DNA of 46,624 bases from Candidatus Portnoybacteria bacterium (GTDB lineage Bacteria > Patescibacteriota > Minisyncoccia > Portnoybacterales > GWB1-42-6): positions 1-46,624 of the forward strand of contig JACQXN010000005.1 of assembly GCA_016208745.1 (NCBI GenBank), given 5' to 3'. The notes beneath the pieces are model-generated. The model was not told where the DNA came from. It saw nothing but the letters and a program-made list of their open reading frames with translations, and searched no databases. This document shows, one piece after another, positions 1 through 7,612 of this stretch. Position 1 is the stretch's first letter, and every line of letters starts with the position of its first letter. The translations under genes and the position numbers were made by a program.

Positions 1-332
1 TTAAATTTGATGTTATTCCAATCACCCTGCTGTGGAGAAGTGTTATTAGAGGTAAAAGTAATGGTTCCATTTAATGTGCCAATGGCTATTAATTCCCCAG
101 CTATAATTAAAGAGGTATTGGTGCTAAACTTTACCATTACTCCAGGTTCTACAGTTAATTTTAAACCCAGAGGTACAGTTACAGTACTTGTAACAATATA
201 GGTATTCCCTGTACTCCAAGCACCTGATACATTCCCACTTACCTCAATTACACCTGCATGTGCATGACTAATTCCTAAACTAATCATCAACCCGCTAATA
301 ACCAAAACTTTCCTAATAACCTTTTTTACCAT
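1..332 (-). CDS. Secreted protein, N-terminal part (beta-helix/pectin-lyase-like surface protein); runs off window edge
   Basis: Not in the ORF track. Minus strand reads MVKKVIRKVLVISGLMISLGISHAHA-GVIEVSGNVSGAWSTGNTYIVTSTVTVPLGLKLTVEPGVMVKF...ITFTSNNTSPQQGDWNNIKF. It has a signal peptide (AHA), LTVEPGVxVKF and ITFTS..GDW motifs, and an AGGAGG SD upstream. Confidence 0.75.
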   Translation of the reverse strand, partial: MVKKVIRKVLVISGLMISLGISHAHAGVIEVSGNVSGAWSTGNTYIVTSTVTVPLGLKLTVEPGVMVKFSTNTSLIIAGELIAIGTLNGTITFTSNNTSPQQGDWNNIKF

Positions 333-835
333 TTTTATATTCCTCCTTTTGTTTATTTATTATATTTAATTTCTTTTCATACACATACGAATAATGATCT
401 TTTATTAATTTCATGCTTTCTTTATATTTATTTAAAAAGTCCTGATAAAAATTCCCAAATGGAACAAAGCAATAAATTCTACCATTTATTTCTATTTCCA
501 TCGCTTTTTTATATTTACTTATACTTTCCTCATACCTCCTCAAATGTTGACAATAAATAGAACCTTGGATATCATATGAAGCAAGACAATTTACAATTAC
601 TTGTAATACCCACATAGGATTTTTAAAAATCATATCATTATCTTTTATATTCCTTATAAGAAAATTTTGGGGATATTTTTTTAACTCTTCTAATATTCTT
701 TTTCTATTTATAAATTTAGGTAGAAGCTTACAGAAAATCCCTTGAGGAATTAAAATATAATCCTTCGCAAGTGTTTCATCATACATTAAATATACAGGAC
801 GGGATATACGATCATTAGATATAATCTCCTTAATT
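313..835 (-). pseudogene. 3' fragment of a larger gene (DUF2723-like C-terminus with a TPR-like helix); 5' part missing
   Basis: Frame stays open upstream of ATG 786 (IKEIISNDRISRPVYL-MYDETLAKDYILIPQGIF) up to the junction with the flavoprotein gene. Family call is by motif resemblance only. Confidence 0.45.
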
Positions 836-1862
836 TTAATCCTTTTAACACCGAGATAAGTTTTTTGCGCTCTTCTTTGGTTATGGAATTCAATTTTTTA
901 TCCGGGCTTATTTTAGAAAAACGCACGATCAGCCCGCTTAGTTTTCGTGGAACGAGTTCGGGCAAATAATTTTTAAAGTTTTTATTGTTTTTAAAATCTC
1001 TCTGCAGCCTTTTATCCAAAGTTAAAAAGTCTATGGCCGGCTTAAGATCGATCTCTAAAACCACTTCCCCGACGGCTAATAGCTCTCCAATTTTTTTACT
1101 TAAATCCAAAATTATCGGCCCGCTTAAGCCAAAATGGGTAAACAGCATCTCTCCAAACCGATAATCCAGTTTTTTATTATTTTGAAAAAGCGCGACGCTA
1201 ATATTTTTTAAATTCAAACCCTGAACATCCAGAACCCAATTTTCCATGGTTTCAACCGGCACCAATGCCGGCTTGGGATTTATAATTTTATGCCCCATTT
1301 TTTCCGCCCACTCATATCCGCTGCCGGTCGAACCTGTTTGCGGATAAGATTTCCCGCCCGTACATAAAATAAACCGGTGAGCGGCTATTTCCCCTCCTTT
1401 TAATTTGACGCTTTCGATTATTCTTTTTTTGACATTAAAACCGATGACTTCCTGACCCAAAATAAATTTAACTTTATTTTTATGTAAATATTTCAATAAA
1501 ACATTAAGAACGTCTTCTGCTTTATCCGAAACAGGAAAAATTCGCCCGCCCCTTTCCTCTTTTATTTTTAACCCGTTGTTTTCAAAAAATTTTATTGTTT
1601 CTTCCGGCCCAAAAACCGAAAGCGCTGATAAAAGAAACTGGCCATTTTTGCCCAATTTTTCAACGAATTTTTTATCGTTAAATTCGGCTTGTGTAATATT
1701 ACAGCGGCCGTTTCCGGTAATTAAAAGCTTTTTTCCGAAGACTTGATTTTTTTCAATCAGAACAACCCTGGCGCCAAGCTCTGCCGCCCGGCCTGCGGCC
1801 ATAATCCCGGCCGGTCCGCCGCCAATAACCGCCAGATCAAATTTTTCTTTAATTTTTTCCAT
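786..1862 (-). CDS. HI0933/BaiN-family NAD(P)/FAD-dependent oxidoreductase, C-terminally truncated
   Basis: GGGPAG FAD motif, GKKLLITGNGRCNITQ, TGGKSYPQTGSTG, GEMLFTHFGLSGP. The family C-terminus (VTxGGV...GELLD..G.TGGYN) is absent after LKGLKL. Confidence 0.9.
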   Translation of the reverse strand: MEKIKEKFDLAVIGGGPAGIMAAGRAAELGARVVLIEKNQVFGKKLLITGNGRCNITQAEFNDKKFVEKLGKNGQFLLSALSVFGPEETIKFFENNGLKIKEERGGRIFPVSDKAEDVLNVLLKYLHKNKVKFILGQEVIGFNVKKRIIESVKLKGGEIAAHRFILCTGGKSYPQTGSTGSGYEWAEKMGHKIINPKPALVPVETMENWVLDVQGLNLKNISVALFQNNKKLDYRFGEMLFTHFGLSGPIILDLSKKIGELLAVGEVVLEIDLKPAIDFLTLDKRLQRDFKNNKNFKNYLPELVPRKLSGLIVRFSKISPDKKLNSITKEERKKLISVLKGLKLRRLYLMIVYPVLYI

Positions 1863-1867
1863 TAGTT

Positions 1868-1914
1868 TAAAAAACGCCCCGCGCCCTACAAACTGCGGGG
1901 CGGGGGCGTTTTTT
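1868..1914 (-). terminator. Intrinsic terminator downstream of cold-shock gene
   Basis: aaaaaacgcccc...ggggcgtttttt inverted repeat with T-tracts on both strands. Confidence 0.7.
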
Positions 1915-1926
1915 ATAATTTATCCC

Positions 1927-2124
1927 TTAGGCGCGGGACACTCCAGTCGCATTGGGTCCCTTTTCGCTTTCCCCGATTTCGAAAGTAACGGCATCGCCGA
2001 CTTTCAATTCGTCAAAAGTCACGCCCTTCAACTCATTGGAATGGAAAAAAAGATCCTTTGTTTCGCCTTCGCGAGAAATGAATCCAAATCCCTTATCCGT
2101 CAATGTTTTGATAGTTCCAGTCAT
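1927..2124 (-). CDS. cspA: Cold-shock domain protein (65 aa)
   Basis: MTGTIKTLTDKGFGFI (RNP1)...DLFFH (RNP2)...KGPNA. Start at ATG 2124 fits the family length. Confidence 0.95.
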   Translation of the reverse strand: MTGTIKTLTDKGFGFISREGETKDLFFHSNELKGVTFDELKVGDAVTFEIGESEKGPNATGVSRA

Positions 2125-2356
2125 TTTTTTATTCTTGATTATGGTAGAAACTCGACTACGTCTCTTGCTCTTTATAAGCATAACTATTATACATCCAATT
2201 AAACCCAAAGTCAATCTTTTTTAGCACGGGGTAGCAAACAGCGTTAAAACCTACTTTAAATTAGCGCAGAATTGCATTTATATACCAGATTTAAAATAAA
2301 AAAGGCCGTGAATTTCGTCGTTAACGACCACGGCCTCATAACCTTTTTATTTCTCC

Positions 2357-2659
2357 TCATCTCTTTTTATAGATAATTACGATCGTTGTATTGATGCCCT
2401 CGTCCCTAAAAGCCTTGTCAGCTTGAACCGTTGCTACGCTTGCGCTAAGAACAGTGGCTTTATTATTTGAAAGCCAGTCCGATATCTCCTTTTCGACTTC
2501 AGCTACTTTTTTTTCATATTCATTGGAACCCGAAGGATCGAAGCTGAAAAAGTTAAAAATCTTTACTCCATCGCCACCCGCGTCTTGAGCTACAGCCAAA
2601 GTCGGCACAAAAAATACCGGCATTAACAAAAAAGGTCCTAACAATAATACTTTTTTCAT
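2357..2659 (-). CDS. Hypothetical secreted protein
   Basis: 100-aa ORF with signal peptide (MKKVLLL...AVAQ), GGAGGGTG SD, and a downstream hairpin at 2300-2336. Confidence 0.7.
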   Translation of the reverse strand: MKKVLLLGPFLLMPVFFVPTLAVAQDAGGDGVKIFNFFSFDPSGSNEYEKKVAEVEKEISDWLSNNKATVLSASVATVQADKAFRDEGINTTIVIIYKKR

Positions 2660-2724
2660 TTTCTCACCCTCCGCAAAATTTTTTTAGAACTAAAAACAGC
2701 ATAGCGTAAACTATGCTGTTTTGT

Positions 2725-2765
2725 CAAATCTACACACGAGCGTAAGGGAAGTTCGAATTTTCTAT
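2725..2765 (+). repeat. 41-bp direct repeat, copy 1
   Basis: caaatctacacacgagcgtaagggaagttcgaattttctat; 35/41 identical to 3316-3356. Confidence 0.85.
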
Positions 2766-2842
2766 CAAAATAATCTTATAACCGAAAGATAAAGACATCT
2801 GAAGTAATCATATAAAAAGTCCCGCTTTTGACGGGGCTTCTA

Positions 2843-3184
2843 TTATTCTATCTCAACTCCGAGTTTTGCTTTTATTACTTTTTCAACCTGCGTCATCTTA
2901 TACTTCATAATCTTGAATTCTTCCCGAAAGTCTTCTTGGGCCTTAACATAACCGTCGATCAAACCCCATGTCTGATCAATCTTCTTTTCAAGAATATCAA
3001 AACGTTTATCATGCTCGGTGAGCTTAGACCCTAATAATATAAACCGGGTATCGACATGTTCAAATTTCTTATCAATATTATCGAATTTCTTATCAATATG
3101 TTCGAATTTTTTATCAACCGCGTCAAAACCCCTTTTCACCATTCCCGCCAAACTATTAAATTCTTTTTTAGTTTCCCTATCCAT
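2843..3184 (-). CDS. Hypothetical coiled-coil protein with heptad repeats
   Basis: VDKKFEH/IDKKFDN/IDKKFEH/VDTRF repeats, matching 21-bp DNA repeats at 3050-3120. Confidence 0.8.
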   Translation of the reverse strand: MDRETKKEFNSLAGMVKRGFDAVDKKFEHIDKKFDNIDKKFEHVDTRFILLGSKLTEHDKRFDILEKKIDQTWGLIDGYVKAQEDFREEFKIMKYKMTQVEKVIKAKLGVEIE

Positions 3185-3315
3185 ATTAGTACAATTATAT
3201 TAGCACTTACATAATATCGCTGATCCGTGAATTGTCAATCAACGCTAATTATTCTTAATTTATCTCACTTCTGATAACTTATCCACAACAAGACGGAAAA
3301 AGTTACCTTTTTGGG

Positions 3316-3356
3316 CAAATTTGCACACCAGCGCAGAGGAAGTTCGAATTTTCTAT
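3316..3356 (+). repeat. 41-bp direct repeat, copy 2
   Basis: caaatttgcacaccagcgcagaggaagttcgaattttctat. Confidence 0.85.
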
Positions 3357-3420
3357 ATTTAGGAAAGGGTTAAAAGAATGCTTGAGGTAATTGGAAGAAC
3401 ATCCAGGCGCTGGCGATAAA

Positions 3421-3963
3421 TTAATGGGTTGACCCTATCTTTTTCCACTCTTCGTATATCCTTGAAAGAGTACTAATTCTAGACGTCCATTTCTCCGGAT
3501 TGCTCTTTAGCTCTTCTATGATTTCATCAATCGACATCCATTTTATCTCGACCACCTCACCATCGCTAAAATTGACAGAATCGCCTTCGCGCCATTTATA
3601 ATAAAAGACATTATTGAATTCTCTATTTATTCCTCCGTTCCATTTATAAGAAGAACCTCTTATCAAGTCGCCTATCGCGACTTTAATACCGGTTTCTTCT
3701 TCTAGCTCTTTCACAGCTGTGTCCTCAATTGTTTCCCCTGCCAAAACATGCCCGCCAAAACGCGTATCCCAACAATCCGGACGCAAATCTTTAAAAGGAG
3801 CGCGCAAGTGAACTAAAAGCTCGTCTTTGTTATTAAATACATAAATATGGACAGAGTTATGCCAATCGCCCTCTTTATGCACCAAAGAACGCTCCTTTTT
3901 TATTCCAAGAGGAACGCCGTTTTCGTCTAGGATATCGAAGAGTTCCGGGGTTTTGTCATTCAT
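3421..3963 (-). CDS. NUDIX hydrolase (IDI/NUDT-like)
   Basis: GGHVLAGETIEDTAVKELEEETG Nudix box; N-terminal VHKEGDWHNSVH motif. Confidence 0.9.
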   Translation of the reverse strand: MNDKTPELFDILDENGVPLGIKKERSLVHKEGDWHNSVHIYVFNNKDELLVHLRAPFKDLRPDCWDTRFGGHVLAGETIEDTAVKELEEETGIKVAIGDLIRGSSYKWNGGINREFNNVFYYKWREGDSVNFSDGEVVEIKWMSIDEIIEELKSNPEKWTSRISTLSRIYEEWKKIGSTH

Positions 3964-4049
3964 AGTATAGCAAGAGATACTGGTCTTGAGAATCCATAAT
4001 CCTTGCTGGGTCTGGATGACGAAAAAATATCATACATACGGAAATAAAA

Positions 4050-4676
4050 TTAAATTTCTCCTTGTTTAACCTTGTCTCTTATAAAAGCGTTAAGTGATGA
4101 AAAATTATTTAATTCCGATTTTAATTTTTCAGAATTACCTACATATTTTTCTAAGAAAATATTTACCCTGTCTTTTAGCTCAAACGGTAAGGGTTTATCA
4201 TCTCCCTCGGGAATATTTTGAGCTAATGTCGCCTCTCCATAAATTGGATAGGCTTTTTGCAATTCCAATACCCTTTCTCCTTCCGATAGACCACGCTCAT
4301 TTAAAGAGATAAGTAGTGCCGTCTGATAAAAAAGATCTACTTGCTCCTGCATTTTTCTTTCAACATCATATAGATTCCACCATTTTTTTATATCGTCATT
4401 CCTAACACCTTCTTGTTTTTTATAATCTAATTTTCTCCTAAATATTTGGGCTGCCTTTTCAAACCGATCTTCTTTGGCTTTTGATTCTCCTAAAATTATA
4501 TCACCAAAATTATGCGGCAAATAATAAGTTCCGTATTTTTTAGATTCTTCAATAGCCCTATCAAGTAATTGACCAGCCGTAACACTAGGACTTGGAATGC
4601 CAGTATTTGTAAAAAATTCTATATAATAATTTAGGAGTGATTGCTCTGTGTCGTTATATTTTGAAAAAAATCCCAT
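4050..4676 (-). CDS. Hypothetical protein
   Basis: Long ORF. ATG 4676 (MGFFSKYND) avoids overlap with the upstream gene. Confidence 0.7.
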   Translation of the reverse strand: MGFFSKYNDTEQSLLNYYIEFFTNTGIPSPSVTAGQLLDRAIEESKKYGTYYLPHNFGDIILGESKAKEDRFEKAAQIFRRKLDYKKQEGVRNDDIKKWWNLYDVERKMQEQVDLFYQTALLISLNERGLSEGERVLELQKAYPIYGEATLAQNIPEGDDKPLPFELKDRVNIFLEKYVGNSEKLKSELNNFSSLNAFIRDKVKQGEI

Positions 4677-4746
4677 ATATTTTTTTAAAATAAGATAGGC
4701 TCTCGGGTCGTTTGAACCTGCCCCCTGATGGCACTTACTATAGCTC

Positions 4747-5307
4747 TTATAATTTCTCATGTGCCTCCCTAACTTTTAAACAATACTTTTTAAGATCCTT
4801 AAAATCCTTTATCCCTAGCTCCCAAGAATCCAATCCCTTCCAACATATAGTAAATCTTTTTCCAGCAGGCCAAGCGTAATCTAAATTAATAGTTCCGACA
4901 GTCGGATCTGTGATTCTCCATTGTCTATCTATATATAGATCTACGAAAACATGCCCACTAATGATTTCTCCTTGTGATTTCAACCATTCAGTATCAAGCG
5001 CTTCTACAATCTTCGCAGGAATGCCATTGGCGCGCATTAGAGAAGCAAACACTACTGCCCTATCGCCACAACCTGAAGCTTTTTTACTTTTTATAACCTG
5101 TGCCGCGGTCCTCTTACGTAAATTATCTCTGCGCCAAGGCCAAGATTGAATATGTTTTAGATTCGCTTTTATCCAGCGAAAGGTATTAAAGGCAGTTTCA
5201 TAATCATTTCTTCCGAGCAATCGCTTGGCAATTTTTTTGATTTTCGGCGTGATTTTTGTCTGCTCCCCAGATTGCAAAAAATGCTTCGGACTTATAGTTT
5301 TAGTCAT
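4747..5307 (-). CDS. Transglutaminase-like domain protein
   Basis: Cys-His-Asp triad motifs GCGDRAVVFASLMRANGIPA, GHVFVD and WRITDPT. Confidence 0.85.
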   Translation of the reverse strand: MTKTISPKHFLQSGEQTKITPKIKKIAKRLLGRNDYETAFNTFRWIKANLKHIQSWPWRRDNLRKRTAAQVIKSKKASGCGDRAVVFASLMRANGIPAKIVEALDTEWLKSQGEIISGHVFVDLYIDRQWRITDPTVGTINLDYAWPAGKRFTICWKGLDSWELGIKDFKDLKKYCLKVREAHEKL

Positions 5308-5395
5308 ATCTTTATCCACTGTTATCCTAGAGTTTACTGGAAACAAAAAGTGAAGAATTGCGCGAAGAGGCAAATTTCACCCCGAAAAAAGATGA

Positions 5396-5770
5396 GCACG
5401 GGCTGAGGGTATCCTACGCTAAAGCTTCGGAATACCTAATTATAGACCAGTCTTATCATTCTTCAATGCTACGGAATTAAGTAGCCTTTTATACGCAAGT
5501 GCTTTACCGGAACCTGATTTTATATATCGCTCAAAATCTTTGGCCAATTTTTTCGTTTGGAATGCCGCGTAGAATACCAGCGTCCATGGCCTAAACGGTG
5601 CTGTGGCTTTTGAAAACCCGTTATTATGCTCCCCAAGTCTCTTTCTTAAATCTTCCGTGTAGCCGTAATAAAAGTTCTTAGATTTTAAGCTATATAAGAT
5701 GTAAACATAGAACATTTTTGTGGGCCAAAGCCATTCCGTAGCCTTGGCGAAGGATGGCACGGGATGAGGG
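5396..5770 (-). mobile_element. GIY-YIG mini-element: 23-bp inverted repeats plus duplicated tRNA-Trp 3' end
   Basis: IRs at 5411-5433 and 5733-5755 (19/23); direct repeat gcacggg(c/a)tgaggg at 5396-5409 and 5757-5770. Confidence 0.6.
5440..5715 (-). CDS. Small GIY-YIG nuclease family protein
   Basis: MFYVYILYS...YYGYTEDLRKRLGEHNNG...T...RPW.LV.Y...A..FERYIKSGSG. Confidence 0.9.
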   Translation of the reverse strand: MFYVYILYSLKSKNFYYGYTEDLRKRLGEHNNGFSKATAPFRPWTLVFYAAFQTKKLAKDFERYIKSGSGKALAYKRLLNSVALKNDKTGL

Positions 5771-5828
5771 AATCGAACCCCCGCCTACTCTTTTGGAGAG
5801 AGTCATACTGCCACTATACTAATCCCGC
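5755..5828 (-). tRNA. tRNA-Trp(CCA)
   Basis: GCGGGAU acceptor, anticodon arm ACUCU-CUCCAAA-AGAGU, GGUUCGAUUCC T-arm, G73, encoded CCA. Confidence 0.92.
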
Positions 5829-5837
5829 ATTTTTTAA

Positions 5838-6512
5838 TTATGCGCTAAATTTTTCTAAAAATGCCTTTCCCAAACCCAGCAATTCGCGTGCAACCGTGGC
5901 GTCATAATATTTGATATTTACACAGCCAGCGTATCCTGATTTTATATTTTTGCCCGCATTTGGCTTTATATAAGGTTTTATAAATTGAGAGCTCGGAATT
6001 TTTGCGACATCCGACCAAAACTTTATCTGCTCTTTCACTAAATGATATTTATGTATATGCAAGGAAACTCTAAACTTTGATTCGACTAACTGGAATGATC
6101 GTCTTAGTAAATTAAGAAATGCTCGAATCAATTTTGGATCAGAATTTGTGAATTGAACTTCCCCATCGTGACTTTTGCCACCCTCGCAGTAGTACATAAG
6201 GGCGCACATAATTTTAAGAATACCTTTATCGCATAATATCTGATTTCTATCATCTATTAGGTCTACGCCAGCCATAAAGCAGGCAAGACGACTAGCGTCA
6301 GTTTTTTCCTTTCTGTTTTTAGCCGAGATAAGCTGCCCCGATGTTAACCGCTTAGATAATCGGGCTGAAGCCTTATCCGAAAGAATAAAGTCGCGGAGCC
6401 AAAGAGAAGCAGTGCTCTTGGAAATCTTTAGCTTTCCGCTAATTTCATTCAGCGATAATCCCCTTCTTCTTAAGGCTTGGGCCTTTAAAAATTGCTTTTT
6501 TAATCGCGGCAT
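5838..6512 (-). CDS. tRNA-adjacent HTH + LAGLIDADG-like protein
   Basis: N-terminal HTH (LRRRGLSLNEISGKLKISKSTASLWLRD), then ALMYYCEGGK...FTNSDP...FWS...G.V.I. Resemblance to a LAGLIDADG fold is inferred. Confidence 0.65.
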   Translation of the reverse strand: MPRLKKQFLKAQALRRRGLSLNEISGKLKISKSTASLWLRDFILSDKASARLSKRLTSGQLISAKNRKEKTDASRLACFMAGVDLIDDRNQILCDKGILKIMCALMYYCEGGKSHDGEVQFTNSDPKLIRAFLNLLRRSFQLVESKFRVSLHIHKYHLVKEQIKFWSDVAKIPSSQFIKPYIKPNAGKNIKSGYAGCVNIKYYDATVARELLGLGKAFLEKFSA

Positions 6513-6598
6513 ATTGAACTGCTTTTATGGATTACTTAACCCCTATAATCAGTTTATCATTCTAGTGTCTTGCAGCAAGTCCAATATCCACACAAAAG

Positions 6599-6678
6599 CT
6601 ATTTTTTCGATTCCTTATGTGGCGTGTGTTTCTTGCACCATTTGCCCTTCGACTTCGCTCAGGATAAAACTTCCTTAA
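6599..6678 (-). pseudogene. rpmG: Second, diverged 3' fragment of rpmG interrupted by a 20-bp insertion
   Basis: Reads LRKF-C-KWCKKHTPHKESKK* after removing 6646-6665. Confidence 0.8.
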
Positions 6679-6694
6679 TATTCTGCTGTTTTGT

Positions 6695-6853
6695 TTATTT
6701 TTTAGATTCTTTATGCGGTGTATGCTTGCGGCACCAACGACAGAATTTTTTTACTTCAATTTTGCGCTCAACTTTGCGCTTGTTTTTGCTTGACCAATAA
6801 TTAGTCCTCTTGCAAACTGTGCACTGCATTTTGATTAAATTTGGTTGCGGCAT
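6695..6853 (-). CDS. rpmG: 50S ribosomal protein L33 (Zn-ribbon type, 52 aa)
   Basis: Not in the ORF track. Reads MPQPNLIKMQCTVCKRTNYWSSKNKRKVERKIEVKKFCRWCRKHTPHKESKK. Confidence 0.95.
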   Translation of the reverse strand: MPQPNLIKMQCTVCKRTNYWSSKNKRKVERKIEVKKFCRWCRKHTPHKESKK

Positions 6854-7031
6854 GTTCACTATCGCTCAAGTTAAAAGTTAAAAATGAAAAGTTCAAATTT
6901 TTCTTTTTTAATTTTAAGATGTCGTTTTTATATTTTTTTGCTAAAGGCGAATCAGCCTCGGGCTGAAATTTTTACTTTTTAATTCCTCTTGAGCCGTTGG
7001 TCCCGCATCTTGCGGGACGACCCGTCTCTTG

Positions 7032-7301
7032 AGCCGTTGTCCGGAATCGAACCGGAGACCTACTCCTTCATTTTGTACCTCTTTTTATATAATACTTATA
7101 AGAGGATTAGACTGTATATTTGGCGTGTCTCAAATGAGATTTAGCCACCCTTGTCAGTCGTTCGTCCGCCTAAGGCGGAACGGTCTTAACCTAGTATAGG
7201 CCTTTAACCGTTATTCGGGATTCGCAATTAAATTTCTCTAATTGTGGGCATAGCCTCTGCGGCTTACCATGGAGTTGCTCTACCGACTGAGCTACAACGG
7301 C
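7032..7301 (-). tRNA. tRNA-Thr(GGU), split by an intron; exons 7266-7301 and 7032-7068
   Basis: Joined exons give GCCGUUGUAGCUCAGUCGGUAGAGCA-ACUCC-AUGGU|AA-GGAGU-AGGUCUCCGGUUCGAUUCCGGACAACGGCU, a complete cloverleaf. Confidence 0.92.
7069..7265 (-). ncRNA. Group I self-splicing intron (197 nt, no ORF)
   Basis: 5' exon ends in U and intron ends in G. P1 CAUGGU/GCUAUG with U.G; P2 AAUUAGA-GAAA-UUUAAUU; P4 AACGGU/ACCGUU; P7 GACUG/CAGUC; P9 CCUCUU/AAGAGG. Confidence 0.9.
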
Positions 7302-7346
7302 AAAAAATAACTTTGAACTTTTAACCTTAAACTTATACCTATCGTG

Positions 7347-7430
7347 TGGGCAGGGAGGGATTCGAACCCCCGTAGGCTAGAAGCCAGCAGTTTTACAGAC
7401 TGCCCCGGTTAGCCGCTTCGGTACCTGCCC
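7347..7430 (-). tRNA. tRNA-Tyr(GUA)
   Basis: GGGCAGG acceptor, GCAGU-CUGUAAA-ACUGC anticodon arm, long variable arm, GGUUCGAAUCC; CCA not encoded. Confidence 0.95.
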
Positions 7431-7459
7431 GTATCCAAAAATTCGAAATCTAAGTTTTT

Positions 7460-7535
7460 TGGAGCCATCCCGCGGAATCGAACCGCGAACCTACTGTTTA
7501 CAAAACAGTTGCTCTGCCGATTGAGCTAGGATGGC
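7460..7535 (-). tRNA. tRNA-Thr(UGU)
   Basis: GCCAUCC acceptor, ACUGU-UUUGUAA-ACAGU, U73, encoded CCA. Confidence 0.95.
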
Positions 7536-7612
7536 TGATGGAACTCCTTATAATTTAAAACGATAGCCGGCGGCTATCGTAGAACCTCCGACTTAAAACA
7601 TATTTTAAGTCT

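Noticed and set aside
7-201. Plus-strand 64-aa ORF
   Set aside because: Antisense shadow of the secreted-protein gene on the minus strand.
2125-2214. N-terminal extension of the cold-shock protein
   Set aside because: The domain starts at MTGTIK (2124); the upstream sequence is 5' leader.
3050-3120. 21-bp tandem repeats as a possible CRISPR or VNTR
   Set aside because: They encode coiled-coil heptads, with no spacers and no cas genes.
3279-3287. DnaA box TTATCCACA (also 33029-33037 and a near-match at ~45075)
   Set aside because: Isolated boxes with no cluster and no dnaA/dnaN nearby; not enough to call oriC.
5755-5828. tRNA-Gly(UCC) or a UGA-recoding tRNA (code 25)
   Set aside because: The 7-nt loop centres on CCA with G73, and TGA ends genes normally here (e.g. 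14959, 44384).
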